A stretch of 64,000 nucleotides of DNA from the human T2T-CHM13v2.0 reference genome, Homo sapiens, in NCBI RefSeq assembly GCF_009914755.1, contig NC_060932.1, one strand, 5' to 3'. The notes under the pieces were generated by a model that ran no database searches, was not told the DNA's origin, and was given only the letters and a program-made list of their open reading frames with translations. Shown here in pieces: positions 46,331-60,103 of this stretch. Within the stretch, counting starts at the first letter, position 1; the number at the start of each line of letters is the position of its first letter. Both the position numbers and the translations under genes were made by a program.

Positions 46331-48047
46331 GTCTCATGCAATAAGGATATTATTCCTTTTTGTCTAATGACAAGAGGTAAAAATATACAGATAATTTCAG
46401 GACATATGCATTAGTTTCCCAGTGGGACACTTGCCCTCAGTTGATTTTGGGATATATTGTTGAATATGTGTTTTGAAATTCAATTCCTGCCATTATTCTT
46501 TGACCAAAATGTACAATTTTACAGTTGACCTGCAGAGAGCAGCTCATTAGCAGTTTGCTGGTCCCCTAAGCTCCTGTATGTTCAGCCTCCCCAACTGCCC
46601 TGGTGCAGCCCTGGCTGAGCTGGAGGGTAAGAGGAGCCTCCTCTTCCCCAGCAGGCATGGTCTGGAATTAGTTTTGCTGTCCTAAATTAGGTATCCTGGG
46701 AGGAAGGGAGGCACCAGTTTCCCCGCTGAGATGCAGTATAACCTGTCTCAACAGTGTACATCCACTCTATACAATTAGATTCTATCCTCAGTCTTGATTT
46801 TTATTCCATTTTTTATTAGGCCTGGGGCTGAAACCTAAATCCCACTGCATTTGGAAGAAGTCAGTTATATCCTATTAGATGCTAACCTTTCTTCACAACC
46901 ATTTTTATTCCTACTCCACCTCAAGCAGCATCCGTCAGGGTCACCTTTAGACCAGTGATCAGCTACTATATGTCATCTCCCTAGAGTGAATCCTGTCACT
47001 GTTGCCTGGAGTCTACTTGCTGAGCCACTTGGGGCCTCCAGACTACACCCCCCAATATTGGACCTAGTTCAGATTTCAATTTACCATGACCTTTTACATA
47101 TTATGTGCACGTTCAAGCTTTAAGCTCTGCAAATAATTGCCCTAAACCAGATTAATTATCACACCCAGCCTAGGACAGTTTCATTTACATCCCCAAAATG
47201 TTGGTTCTTGAGGACCTAAGGTTATTCAGATCCCGTGAAACAAGAAAACTATTGATGTTAGGGGATATTTGGGATTTTGCAGTAGTTGAACAAATATGCA
47301 TCTTTGTGGTTATGTAACAAAACTCATAGACAAAGCTATATAGACAGACACTATATTTTTTTGATGGTTAATTTTCATAACCCAGGTCAGAAAAAAACTT
47401 CTTAAAATATTTTTTAATTATCATAGCTTTTCTTTGTCCTGTGGAAGGAAAGTTTCCTTGTTTATTTGCAGCTAATTTGCCTCATGAATATTCAGCTGTC
47501 GATGGAGCTGCAAGCCAATATCCATAGAAATGAACTCATTAGGAGCATTTTGTTGGCAGCTATTTGATTCGTGAAGTATGTAGAAGTATTTATGATATTT
47601 CATATTTTATTTTTTCTTGATTTTTGAAACATAAAAGGATTATTGATAATAATTGTTATACTAGGTTTTCACAGTTGAGCTTATTTAGTTTTTCTCATAT
47701 TTCTTGAATTTGTAAGAAAATGCTTTCAGATATTTGACCACTTACACAGATTTTTACAAAGTAAATTATAAATAAAAAGTCATGAATGACTTAAAAGCAG
47801 TTCAAAAATGTTTTACATATTTATACATATGCAATACTTGTTCCTCCTAGTTGGTTATTGTCATTGATATAGCTTGCTATGTGGGTGATGTAAAAAAGAA
47901 TGGTTCTCCTTTTTGAAGGTCTTCCTTCAGAAGTTTTGCTGTTATTTAATGAAAACAGCATTGAAGAAGTATATTTGGTTATAAGAAATAGAAAAAAATA
48001 GTAATAACAGCAAACGTAGACATTGACACTCGATGTACCAGTTACTT

Positions 48048-48341
48048 TTTTTTTATTTTTGAGACGGAGTCTCGCTTTGTCGCCCAGGCTGGAGTGCAGT
48101 GGCGCCATCTTGGCTCACTGCAAGCTCCGCCTCCTAGGTTCATACCATTCTCCTGCCTCAGCCTCCTGAGTAGCTGGGACTACAGGTGCCCGCCACCACG
48201 CCTGGCTCATTTTTTGTATTTTTAGTAGAGACGGGGTTTCACTGTGTTAGCCAAGATGGTCTCGATCTCCTGACCTCATGATCCGCCCACCTCGGCCTCC
48301 CAAAGTGCTGGGATTACAGGCATGAGCCACCGTGCCCGGCC
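48048..48341 (-). mobile_element. AluY
   Basis: Y diagnostics caagctccgcctcc, ccattctcc and gtgttagccaagatggtctcgatctcc; CAGTTACTT flanks. Confidence 0.95.
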
Positions 48342-48349
48342 CTCAGTTA

Positions 48350-48540
48350 CTTCACATATATTAATTTGTTTAATGCTTATAGCAAGTCTATAGGAGTAGA
48401 TACCATATTACTCTTATCTTACAAATATGGAAGCTCTGCCTCAGAGAGGTAAAGTTACTTGTATGGTCACACATCTAGTAGTTGGCAGAGTTGGGTTTCA
48501 AATCCAGGCAGAGTGGCTCCAGAAAGCTGTTCACCACTTC
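48350..48540 (-). mobile_element. MIR
   Basis: ctcagagaggtaaagttacttg...ggtcacacatctagtagttggcagagttgggtttcaaatccaggcag. Confidence 0.78.
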
Positions 48541-49025
48541 ATGTTGCTGACTTCTGTCATATTTTGGTAAAGACTAGAAACTGGACTGCCTGTTGTCCCA
48601 AAACCTGGCATTCTTTCCCCACTGATTTGAAGTGCCACCTGTTTCAAATAGTAAATTCTAAATACTCAGGATATTTTCTGGACTGTTTCTGTGCCACTGA
48701 TATATTAATACTTGTCCGTATCAGCCCAGCACTAACCGTTTTAGTTACTTTATACGAATTCCCTTTAGGAATAGAGTATGAGTCAAATGGAAAAGGAAAG
48801 GAAACAAATTGCAGACTAAGGAAGGGGTGATATGTTGAATGAAGAGGGTAAAGACAATATTTGGTCATGAGAGGAGAGAATATGGTGAGTCAGAAAGGGC
48901 CATAGGATACTGACATGTATTTTAAGTCATGTGTGTTTTAAGGATGATGGTGGACAATTTTAGAAGTCAGTTTTAAAGAAAAGGTAAAGTAAGTGCCTAC
49001 GTTTCTGAGGTATAAAAGTTGGAGA

Positions 49026-49390
49026 CAATATGGTTTGGCTGTGTCCCCACCCAAACCTCATCTTGAATTGTAGCTCACATAATCCCCATGTGTTATGGGA
49101 GGGACCTGGTGGGAGGTGATAGAATCATGGGGGCATGTCTTTTCTGTACTGTTTTTGTGATAGTGAATAAATCTCATGAGATCTGATGGTTTTATAAAGG
49201 GGAATTCCCCTGCACATGCTGTCTTGCCTGCTGCCATGTAAGATGTGTCTTTGCTTCTCCTTCGCCTTCTGCCATGATTGTGAGCCCTCCCCAGCTGTGT
49301 GGAACTGTGAATCCATTAAACCTATGTTTCTTTGTAAATTACCTTTTCTCCGGTATGTCTTTATAGCAGTATGAAAACGGACTGACATGC
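49026..49390 (+). mobile_element. THE1 (B/C-like) solo LTR
   Basis: atatggtttggctgtgtccccacccaaa...ttcccctgcaca...gcagtatgaaaacggact. Confidence 0.93.
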
Positions 49391-50929
49391 AAAATAAATG
49401 TGTTTAAAGAATAAAACAAGTTCATGTTAATTGAAATAAATATGAAACCAATTTATAAATCTTTCTTTTATACCTCATGGATTGCACAGTGAGTTAGATC
49501 AGAGTATGAGATGAAGGAGGGGAGTAGCCGTCGGGCAGCGACAGATCTTCAGGTTGGGATCTTCATTCATTTCTCTGGGTTTTCCAGCACTAAATACGTT
49601 TCCTTCTACACTGCTTACATTTCCTTTTCATCGGAACTGCATTCTTGAATAACGACTAAAACAGGAATAGTGTTCTGCACTTTAAATTCGGGAAATGACC
49701 AGTTTCCTGTGCCAGAGAAAAATATGTGCTTGAGAATATTATCTATACAATGTACTTTGTACTTCCCACTTACCCTTTTCTTTCATTGTGCTGTGTTGTT
49801 CAAGTGATCTGATATCAGCGTAAATTCCTGACCAGCACAATATGAAGTATTATTATGTGGGAGACATAATAGTCTACTGGCATCTCTATATAAGTATTTG
49901 TATAATATTAAAAATAAGGCAATTTAATAGAGACATTAAGAAAAAAGTTGACAAATATATTCATGTAAGCTTCTGAACTGCATTTAGAAATCCGTTTTAT
50001 TTCGTGTTTTTCACCAGCTGACACCATGAAACATACTTTTATATGAAATGATACCAGAAAAATGGTGGGATATTTGAAATGTCTTTCTTTGTTGTAATTC
50101 TGAACCTCATTAAAAGTTTATTTCCATCTGACATTAAGTTTGTTTACAAATATAATGACTTATGATACATAAATACATTTTAATTTAAATTTTATAAACT
50201 AGTCTTATGAATTGTTTTTGTTTAAGTGTTCCATTGGTGCTGTAAAGAGTTGGTAGCACCTAGAAGAAGGCAGCTTCCAAAGGAACAGTCTTCTTTTCTG
50301 AACCTGGCTTTTCTGTAGAGGTCTTGTCAGATCAGCCTGTCATTTTACTTCCAGCCTGTGTGCTTCTGGTCCATGCCCTGATCTTGTGACATCTCATTGA
50401 AATTAAAGCTGTGGTCTGACCAAACTTCACTTGCATTGTTCCATTTTTATTAATACCTCGTGCTCTAAGTTGTTTCAAGGATTGAGGACATAGACAACAA
50501 TCCCTATTAGCACCTTAGAGTTTGATCCTCAATAAACTTTTTCTATCTTCTACTCTTTATGAATCTCCAAATTTCTGCAATGGGTGGAAGATAAATGTAT
50601 GATTAGAGAGATTGACATGTATACCAAACAACTGGGAGCTAGCCTGGGATCCTGAGCAGAAAAGATCCACTACATTGTGGAAGATCCAATAGTTAAAAAA
50701 TAAACAGAATTTTTGCCTCGATACCTTGAATTATAATACTTGTTCTGATATCAAGGACTTCTCCAGAAAGTAGAGTCTGTTGGATTGATTTACTGTTAAT
50801 ATAGGAGCAGAGAGGAGGAGAAAGGGCCCTTAACTTACCCTTTAGTTCTGTTCTCTCTAGTGTTAATAATAATCATAACCACAGTAGAAGTAATGGGACT
50901 AGGCTGTGGATGTAGTAATAGTGGATAGT

Positions 50930-51140
50930 GATAATAGGCGCAGTGGCAGAAATATCAGATAACATTTACTGGGCCTTATTTGTGTGCTAGCACTTTGCAA
51001 AGGGCTTTCATTACCTGCATGTAATCTTCTCCACCTCTCTGTGAGGCACATATGATTATTAACCTGATTTAATGGGTGAGGAAACTGAGACTTAAAAGCA
51101 GCTGGCCTCTCATAAATGCTCACCACAGAGCTGAACTCCA
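50930..51140 (-). mobile_element. MIR
   Basis: acatttactgggcctta...tgaggaaactgagac. Confidence 0.72.
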
Positions 51141-53494
51141 CCCTGAGGAGACATCCTGTATCTGTATGTGTTTGAATGCGTATTTCTAGGTGTGTAGGGG
51201 AGGAAGGTGGTGGGTTAATTTTGAAGGCTTCCAAACAGCCCACTATAAACATCATACATTTCCTAATCTTCGTTCTTTTTGAAACTGATTTCTCCCTAGG
51301 GTTTGGTGTATCCCTGACCATTCAGGAAAGAGACATCAATGACCCGAAACAATACAAGGAACACAAGATCTTCATGAATCAAATGATACTTGGAATGAAT
51401 ACACCAATAAGAATTTATTGCCAAAAAGTTACTTTATTAAAACAAATTTTAAATAAAGAACATGGAGTTGTTTCAATCCTTGAGAAAACTAGCTGTATAC
51501 ATGCCTGCCAGAGCTATCTCTAACAAAAGATATCACTTCTAAGAGTAAATATCTCGCTTAATTTTAGATTCCTTGGGGAACTAAGAGTTAAGTAAAACAT
51601 GCTCCAATTTTCTTAGGTTTATTTTTAAGTATTTTTGTTTTAGCTTTTTTTTTCTCTGATCATGGGAGTACATTTTCGCTCAAACACTTCAAGAACAAAT
51701 GCTATTTTAAAACTTAGAACTCTGGAATGATCAGTATTAAAAAGTTGTGAGTCAAAAGGACCTTGACAAAACCTTAAGAGTGTGGCTGGAAATGGAAATG
51801 GCTACGGCTACAAAGATTCCCAAGTCAAAAAAAATGAGTAAAATGGGCTTTGTATTTAAAAAAAAAACAACATTACTATTAGAATACATGGCAATTAACA
51901 TTCAGCTTTGGTGTACATGATGATAGGGAGTAGTGGTGACTGTGGCAAAATGAAGGGAACATGTGGCTTCTTCAGCTCTAACTTACTGTTATTCAGGTAG
52001 ATAGGCCCTGTGTTAATTTTCTCCAAGTGTTTGAAGAGAGGCTGTAATTATTGACTTTTATATGAATACTCTTATTTTTTTTAATGTTAGCAATTGAATC
52101 AATGTTTTAACCACATAGTGTTGTGTTAAAACCTACCTCTACTGTTTTTGACCTCTGCTTTAGACCAACTCATTGCCTTAGGCCAATGGAAGCTAAATAT
52201 CCTGTTAAAATAATAATTTTGTAGGCTGAGCTGTGAGATGAGTTTGTGGGAATCAAGACTGCAGAAACAAACTAGAAGTTAAATGCAACAAAAAAATTAA
52301 ACATTTAAGAAATTCACAAAAACACACTTAAGAAAAGATGGCATTTATTATAGTATTTCACTGCAGTCATCTCAATAAATTTTGTAACTTTCACCTTTAA
52401 TTTTAGTAATTTTACGCATAATTGTAATTCTGTCAATAATGGTCCTGATTTCTGCTTCATCTTCTGTCCAGTTTTACTCTTGACTTTCCTGTCACCCAAG
52501 TATTAAATATCTTCAAAACTCTGTGCCTTGTATGTAACATACCAATCGTATGCTGACAAATGATGAATTCTTTCCCCTGAAAATTCCTGAAGAACGCAGT
52601 TCTTTCATATTTATTTTTTGTTATTTTGAGGTCAAATAGAATACACTATAACAATGTGGTAATTATCGTCACATCTTGGTCAAGTTCCAGCCAAGGGAGG
52701 TTTTTATTTTTATTTTTTGATTTGGATGGTATAATGAAAAATTATCTTCACCTAAGCTCTGAGATGATAGTGATGTTCATTTTGAATTAATAATTGGTCT
52801 GAAAAAGAGTAAAACATCTTTTGTTGGGAAATTAGGCAGATATTAAAAGACTCTCAATAACTGACACAAAAAATCCTTTTGTTTCTGAATCACAAGGAAA
52901 CAGCAACAATCAAGAGGCTTTCACTGAGGATTTAGACATGCTGTTTGGGAATCACTGCAATCTCTTTAGACATTTATTTGAGTAATTCAGGTGTGGGATA
53001 TTTTAATGATTTGTAGAGTGATCAATGCCCACGAGGCTGAGTCTTAGATACTACTGGACTACTAACAAATGATTTATTATTCTGTCAGTTTCTGGAGTTT
53101 TGTGTGGATTGAATGTTGTCATGGAAGTTTAGGAAAAACCACGATCTATTTCAAAGATGAAAAGATGCTGCTCATATTCTGTAGGAACAAAGTAACATCA
53201 TTTTATAATTATTGTTCATTGTATCCGAGTGGGAAAGAGATTACTAAACATCCTGTGAGCACCGGACAGTCCTTCACTACAAAGGTTTATTTTAAACAAA
53301 GGTTTAATCCAGCTCCAAATGTCAATAATGTCAAGACTGATAAACCATGTCATATGGTGATAGAAGAGGAAAAGAGTATGTGCTATCCTATATTCCAAGT
53401 TGCTAATGAATATTTGGGAAGCTAATACACTAGGGAAATTAATGCAGTGCAGTCTGGTGGTCTTCATAAATGAAAACCATTGAGTTAAGAACAA

Positions 53495-53990
53495 AAGTCG
53501 TTAGTCTTTGCAGAAGTTTATTGAGCACTTACCAAGTGCCAGATATTGCTGTAGGTGCTGGGGATATCCCAGTGAACAAAGCAGGTAGGCTCTGCATTCA
53601 TGAAGCTCCTATCCAAATGTGGGAGACGGACAGTAAACAAATAGATAAAATGATTCTGTCCTTGTGCCTTTTGTCTTCCCCATCTCTACACTGTCTCCAA
53701 TGGACTGGGGCTGGTCATTTTTTCTCTATATATATGCTTTCCCTAAGTTACATCTTTGTGCCAGTGACAATCAACTTTTTACTGTAAGTCCTGATCCCTC
53801 CCTTAGAACCTCAGATTGGAATGGCTAACTCCCTGCTCATGATTTCCACACTGGTGCCCAATAGAAATCTGAGACCCAACAGGTCCAGAACAAACTCTGA
53901 TTCTCCCACCCCAAAACCTTCTTCACTTTCAGTCTTCTCCATTCCAGTGATGCCACTACCAACCAGGTGTTCATGCAAACCCAAATGACA
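53495..53990. mobile_element. Two L2 fragments in opposite orientation (junction about 53655)
   Basis: tttattgagcacttaccaagtgccag (minus) then ctgagacccaacaggtccagaacaaactctgattctccc (plus). Confidence 0.7.
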
Positions 53991-55229
53991 AACTTCTTTC
54001 ATTTATTAGGACCAAACGAAGCCCTTATCTTCCAAAGAATTGTGATGTGATATTATTGTTTTAAGTTAAAGGGTAAAAGGAAAATATTTACCCTTATTGT
54101 TTTTTTCTCATTTATTTTCATGAAATTAGCACAGTCTTTTTTCCTGCAACAGTGGAGTCTGTCTTAAATTTTTCCTATTTTGCCTTTATATATACAATTT
54201 ACCTATCTGTAACCATATTAAATAGCCAAATCTTTAAGGTGACAGGGTGCTGCTAAATAGTCTACATTCAGAATTTTGAATGTAGAATATTTGTTGGAGT
54301 AATAAGGTTTAGTGCTGTATGATACAAAATTCAGATTGGCATCGGGTATCTAGAATTAAAAGTATAAATTGTTAAAATCTGCCGGACTTTTGAGAACGAT
54401 CTACTATGTGTGCCTGGACTGATGAAAGGAGTGGGAAGGGCAAAAATATGTTGAAAGAGATCATTTTGTATGTTGAAATTATAAAATAAGAAAATGCATT
54501 CTGAGAATGAAGCCCATGGTGAGCTTTGCTTTACTTTTGAACTAGCAACAGCATAAATGGGCAGACACGGATAAAGGAGATTGCTGTCATCTTATTTCAT
54601 CTTAATGAGTTTCTTCCTTTTGATTCTTGATAGCAAATTTGTGACATTTTTAGCTTTATTAAACTTTAATTAGTGGATAATATTTATCATATGCATTTAC
54701 CAAAAATACAAGATAATATGGAGCAAGTTAAAGAGAAAATAAAGAGTACTCTGGGAAAAAGCCCATAACTAGAGTGATATCTAGGAATATTTTTTGTGGA
54801 GCCATTGTTAGGGGAATGCTGGTGAGTGGAGCACATGTTCACACACATGCAAGCTGAAAGATCCTCGGGGTGCGGGGGGGGCGGCATATGCGAGAGCCTC
54901 ACTTCCTCTGAATGCAACTTAGCCTGTCTTTGACTCACCTGTGTAGTGTCTGCATCTCCCTACCCTTCAGAGATTATTGTGACCTGTTATATGCAGCTTT
55001 GATTGTGATTTTCATGGGTGGGAGGCACGTCCTCTGCGGGGTGCCAGCATCCCCAAGTGGTTGGGTGAGAGGGTGTTGTATAGAAACAACCACTGTTTAA
55101 CACTGAATTGAAAGTCAAAGTGAAATAAGTAAACTCGATTTTCCTGTTAAGACTCATTTATTTCTCAAAGTCTGCTTTTTGTTTTAGTCTTTGAAAGAAT
55201 AAACATAAAGAATTGTTCATCAGAAGATG

Positions 55230-55390
55230 ATCTCTGGACCAACTACATCAGAATCGCATAGAGGTCCTGCTCAAAATGTAGATTTCTGGGTCCTAAATTA
55301 ATCTGCTGAGTCAGACCTCTGGGGATAGGAATCTGCATTTGGAAGTAACTCTCCAAGTCTTAAACACAAGAAAAAGTTTGAAACCCACTA
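55230..55390. mobile_element. MER5A
   Basis: tggaccaactacatcagaatc...aaatgtagatttctggg...aagtttgaaacccacta. Confidence 0.78.
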
Positions 55391-57038
55391 GCATAAAAAA
55401 GCTATTTTCCACTGCTTGATTTCAAATATATGTGTGTCAAGATGAAGATTATCTGATTCTGATGAAATTTTGGACAAGTGGGAATGAATACAGAGATAAA
55501 ACAATGTGTAGAATCCTTCATGTATTTTTGTGACTAGGCTACTAATGCTTCCTTGATTGATATAAGAAGGATTAAATATGACAACAGAGTCTGAAAGGAC
55601 ACTATAGATGCTGGTTGTTAAAGGATGATTTTGAAATTACCTATTTATTCCTAGCTTTAGGAAGGAAGATTTAAACCTCTCATAAAAAATGTCAAATCGT
55701 TTTCACGATTTTGCGTTCTCAGCAAACATCTAAAATCTGCCTTCACTGTTGTATAAAATGAGGACCTTGGGAAAAAGAAATGTTTGGTCAGAAATGCTAA
55801 CAAGTTCCAGATTTCCTTTCATATACAATTAAACAAAAAGTTCCATATTGTCACGGAGGATAAGAAGATAAAAAGTCAGATAAAGACATGGTTTACTTTC
55901 TTAGTTTGTATGTTCCATTCTAACTCATATTTTGATGCATTGTTACTACTTCCTCACTTTAATTTATCCATTTCAGAATGTGACTGAGTTCAGTTTATGA
56001 AGAAAAGGTTTATAAATGTAGAGGTGAAGTTTAAGCTTTGCTTGCACGAGAGGTTACCTGTTTACTATGTGGTCAATATGAAATGTAAACTATGTAAACT
56101 AGGCAAATAAACCACCATGTTATTTTAAGAGCAAATGGAATGAGATTAAAGAACATTTTTGCGATGAGTATGTGGAAAATATTCAAGAAAAACAAAACTA
56201 AAGCAAAAAATTAAACAGAATAATACTAATAAAATGAGTACTTAAAAAGTTAGAAAATTCTAATTTTTTTCACCAATTATCCTTAACTTTAGATAAGAGT
56301 TCAAAAATTATATCACTTGTTCCCAATAGACAAATTAGATTGATATCCAATACATGTTCATTTTATTTATTTCAGCTGATGTTGAAGAGTTGAGGCTATT
56401 CCTTCTGATCTGACATTGTAGTTACAGAATCTGAAACATGAACTGGTTGAATCAGGAATAAATGTGGTTCTGAAGGTCATGCTAGGAGCGAGATCTTGTG
56501 GCTCATTAGTTTTATTTTAAATAGTCTTGTTCCTCTTTTGATATAAGTTATAACATGCTTATAGCTAAATATTACAAAAATTAGAAAGTGTACAAAGGTC
56601 AATTTCCTATTACCTAAAAGGAACTACCCATTGCGTTTTGGTAAATGCCGCCTACTTTTTTTTCAACATTAGCACACACCAATATTATCCATTTGTATAT
56701 CTGTATATATTCTTATGCATCTGCATATATGTATGTATGTAGCAAATATGCCACTTAATAAATTTTTTCACCAGACAGTATTTTATAGACATCTCGTATA
56801 CACATGTATGTGTATATATAGTTTTCATTACATTCCATTTATGGTTGCACTTTTGCTATAGTAGTCTATAATTTGAATATATCATAATATGCTTAGTGAT
56901 TCTTTTATTGATGGTCATTTAGATTGTTTCCAATTTTTCCATTTTGGTAATCAATACAATGAATCCCCTTGTTTGAATATTTTTCTTAGAATAAAGTCCT
57001 AGAAGTAGTATCTCTGGGTTCAAGAAAATGCCCATTTA

Positions 57039-57339
57039 TTTTTATTTTTATCTTTTGAGATAGGATCTTACTCTGTCACCCAGACTGGAGTATAGTGGTG
57101 CGTGTGACTATGGCTCCCTGCAGCCTCAAACTTCTGGGCTCAAGTGATCCTCCCACCTCAGCCTCTTAAGTAACTAGGAGTACAGGTGTGTGCCACCACG
57201 CCCAGCAAACTTTAAAAATCTTTGTAAAGACAAGGTCTTGCTATGTTGCCGAGGCTGACCTCAAACTCCTGGCCTTAAGGGATCCTGCCTGGGACTCCCA
57301 AAGCGCTAGGAGTATAGACATGAGCCACCATACTGGCTG
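57039..57339 (-). mobile_element. AluJ within an old L1ME-like fragment (about 56500-57420)
   Basis: J diagnostics; AAAT(G/A)CCCATTTA on both flanks. Confidence 0.9.
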
Positions 57340-57795
57340 GAAATACCCATTTAAAAATTTGAGATATATTGTCAATTTGCCCTCTGAAATGTTGTACCAT
57401 TTTATACTCTTATTAGCCATGTCCTGAGGGTGATAATGGATGGTGTCTTGAGGACATAAATGAAATTTGCTAGATGGAAATTCTCTTCTCCTTTTTCTCC
57501 CCTAAACTTTCTTTTTCAAGGCTCAATATAATGAAATTATTCTACTCTTTTTTAATTTGTGAAAATAATAGCCTGTTTAGCCATTGGTCAAAACTTAATG
57601 ACCACTGAGAAGAGTCCAAATCTTTGAATTACTAAAGGGCTTATTTGCCTACCATAGAGGTATGGAGAGCCCGGACCTGAACCCAGAAATTTAAATTCTG
57701 GCTTCTTAAAAGGCTGGGGGTGGGCAATAGAGGGGAAAGGAAATTCTTTCATTCCTTCTTGAAATGTCTTCCTGGGACATAGTGGCAGGGATAGC

Positions 57796-57870
57796 TATCT
57801 ATCTATCTATCTATCATCTATTTTATCAATCACTCAACCTACCTACCTATCTTCTATCTATTTATCTATC
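57796..57870. repeat. (CTAT)n/(CTAC)n tetranucleotide microsatellite
   Basis: Seen directly. Confidence 0.92.
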
Positions 57871-58271
57871 TCTAATTTCGAAGAGGATCACTTCAGAATC
57901 TCTGGCCCTTTTGTTGTTTTATTAGAAATGCCATTTTCCATTAAATTTTGGTCTTGTGCTTTGCAAGTCTTAGAAGTTTAGGAAACATCTGACTCTAAAT
58001 GCTTACTTCACAACTTTGAGATCCTGGTGGATAAATTTAACTTACATATACTTGATGATTTCTGGCTCTACCCCAACATGGTAATGGAAGTATAATTCCC
58101 AGAGAGGAACAGCAATGCACAAGGGTTTCTGTGTTACAACAAAACTATTATACTCAACAAATGGAGTTTTACACTTTGGTTTGCTGTAAAGAAATTAGTT
58201 TAATTCTACTCAACACCCAGTCATTTTATTAACCTAATGTTACCTTCATAATGTCTTCTTGTTTCATGCAG

Positions 58272-58343
58272 GCATTCTTACACAGAATGAACCAGTGTGC
58301 AGCATCAAAAGTTGACAAAAATGTGACAGAAGAAACAGTGAAG
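58272..58343 (+). CDS. PREX2: PREX2 coding exon 2 (72 bp, phase 0-0), DH domain: [24 protein letters not shown]
   Basis: Pyrimidine tract plus tgcag|GCA acceptor and AAG|gtgagg donor. Translation matches the P-Rex2 N-terminal DH sequence and joins in frame to the next exon. Confidence 0.97.
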
Positions 58344-58529
58344 GTGAGGAGGTACAACTGGCCTTCAACCTGAGCATGAGTTTCCTATAGATAAATTTTG
58401 CTGGTGCCATGGTACTTCACAGCCCTTCAGTTGATCGGCAGTTCCACTACAAGTTGCTGTTCCAGTCAGTTGTATTGGTAATAATTTTAAAAAGGAGAAA
58501 TAGGGCTTAGGAAAAGAGATGGAAGATTA

Positions 58530-58914
<385 letters not shown>

Positions 58915-59926
58915 AAAATGAATTGGAGGCTAAGAACCTCAATGTTTTGGAGAAGGAGGGAGCTGAGCCGTATAAGAGGATTGTTAGAGGTGGCTCAGGA
59001 AGGCAGGGTGTGGGCAAACGTGACTTCCAGTCTCTGTGATCACTGAAGAACCAAATATTTCAATGGTTCACTCCACATAATATCCTTAATTCAGAAACAG
59101 ACATATAATCGTTTCTTTTAAACTGAAAGGAAGGAAAACTGTGAACAGTCTTGAAAAAAAAGGATGGTAAATGAAAATTAATTATACTATAATGATTAGT
59201 CATTTAAATTGTATGTACTATTCCTGATATTTATGATGCTAACTTACTGTTTTATTTTGCTGGAAATATAAAACATTCTAAGGATTTTTAAAGGTTCTTC
59301 TGACTCTATTTCCCCATGAGTAAAATAACTAACTTTAAAATTTTCCTCCCAGGAGAGTATTTTAGTTAGCTTGCTTTTGGTTGTAAGCTAAAGAATCCTC
59401 TTACTGAAATTGAATTGAAGACACTTTGGCTCACATATCAGGGACTCCAGACAGAGGAGAAGGTTTAGCACCTGTGACCCAGAGAGGCCAGCAAGGTCGC
59501 TACATCCTCTCCAGCTAATCACTGCCATCCAGGTTATCAGCTTTGTGCTCAAGCTGGCTCTTCCTGTAGCTGCAGAGCTGTCCCAGCTTTTACTTCTACA
59601 TGTGGCACCTTCCAGAGGGAAAAGAGGACTGTCCGTTCTGGTATGCCCTTCTTAGGAGCATAGATGCCCTTTCCAGAAAAGCCTGCCAGCAACTCTGCTG
59701 GTTTCCATGCAGCCCAGCTTTGAGAAGGGAGTGGGATACCTGGCTTGGGTTGGGCAACCGAGGCCTTGCCCTGAGAGCCAGCCATGGGCTTCTGGTTCCC
59801 AGAGTTGTGTCGGCGGCGTGAAGGGGAAGTCCAGACAAAATTGAGGCTCTGTCGGCAAGGTGGGAGGAAGGCATGGATGTATGGTTTTCAGGTTGGAGAG
59901 AGAATACTATGCTATCATAGACTTAA

Positions 59927-60103
<177 letters not shown>

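Noticed and set aside
51176-51523. 115-aa ORF
   Set aside because: No recognisable homology; only the acceptor and poly(A) arrangement is kept as a finding.
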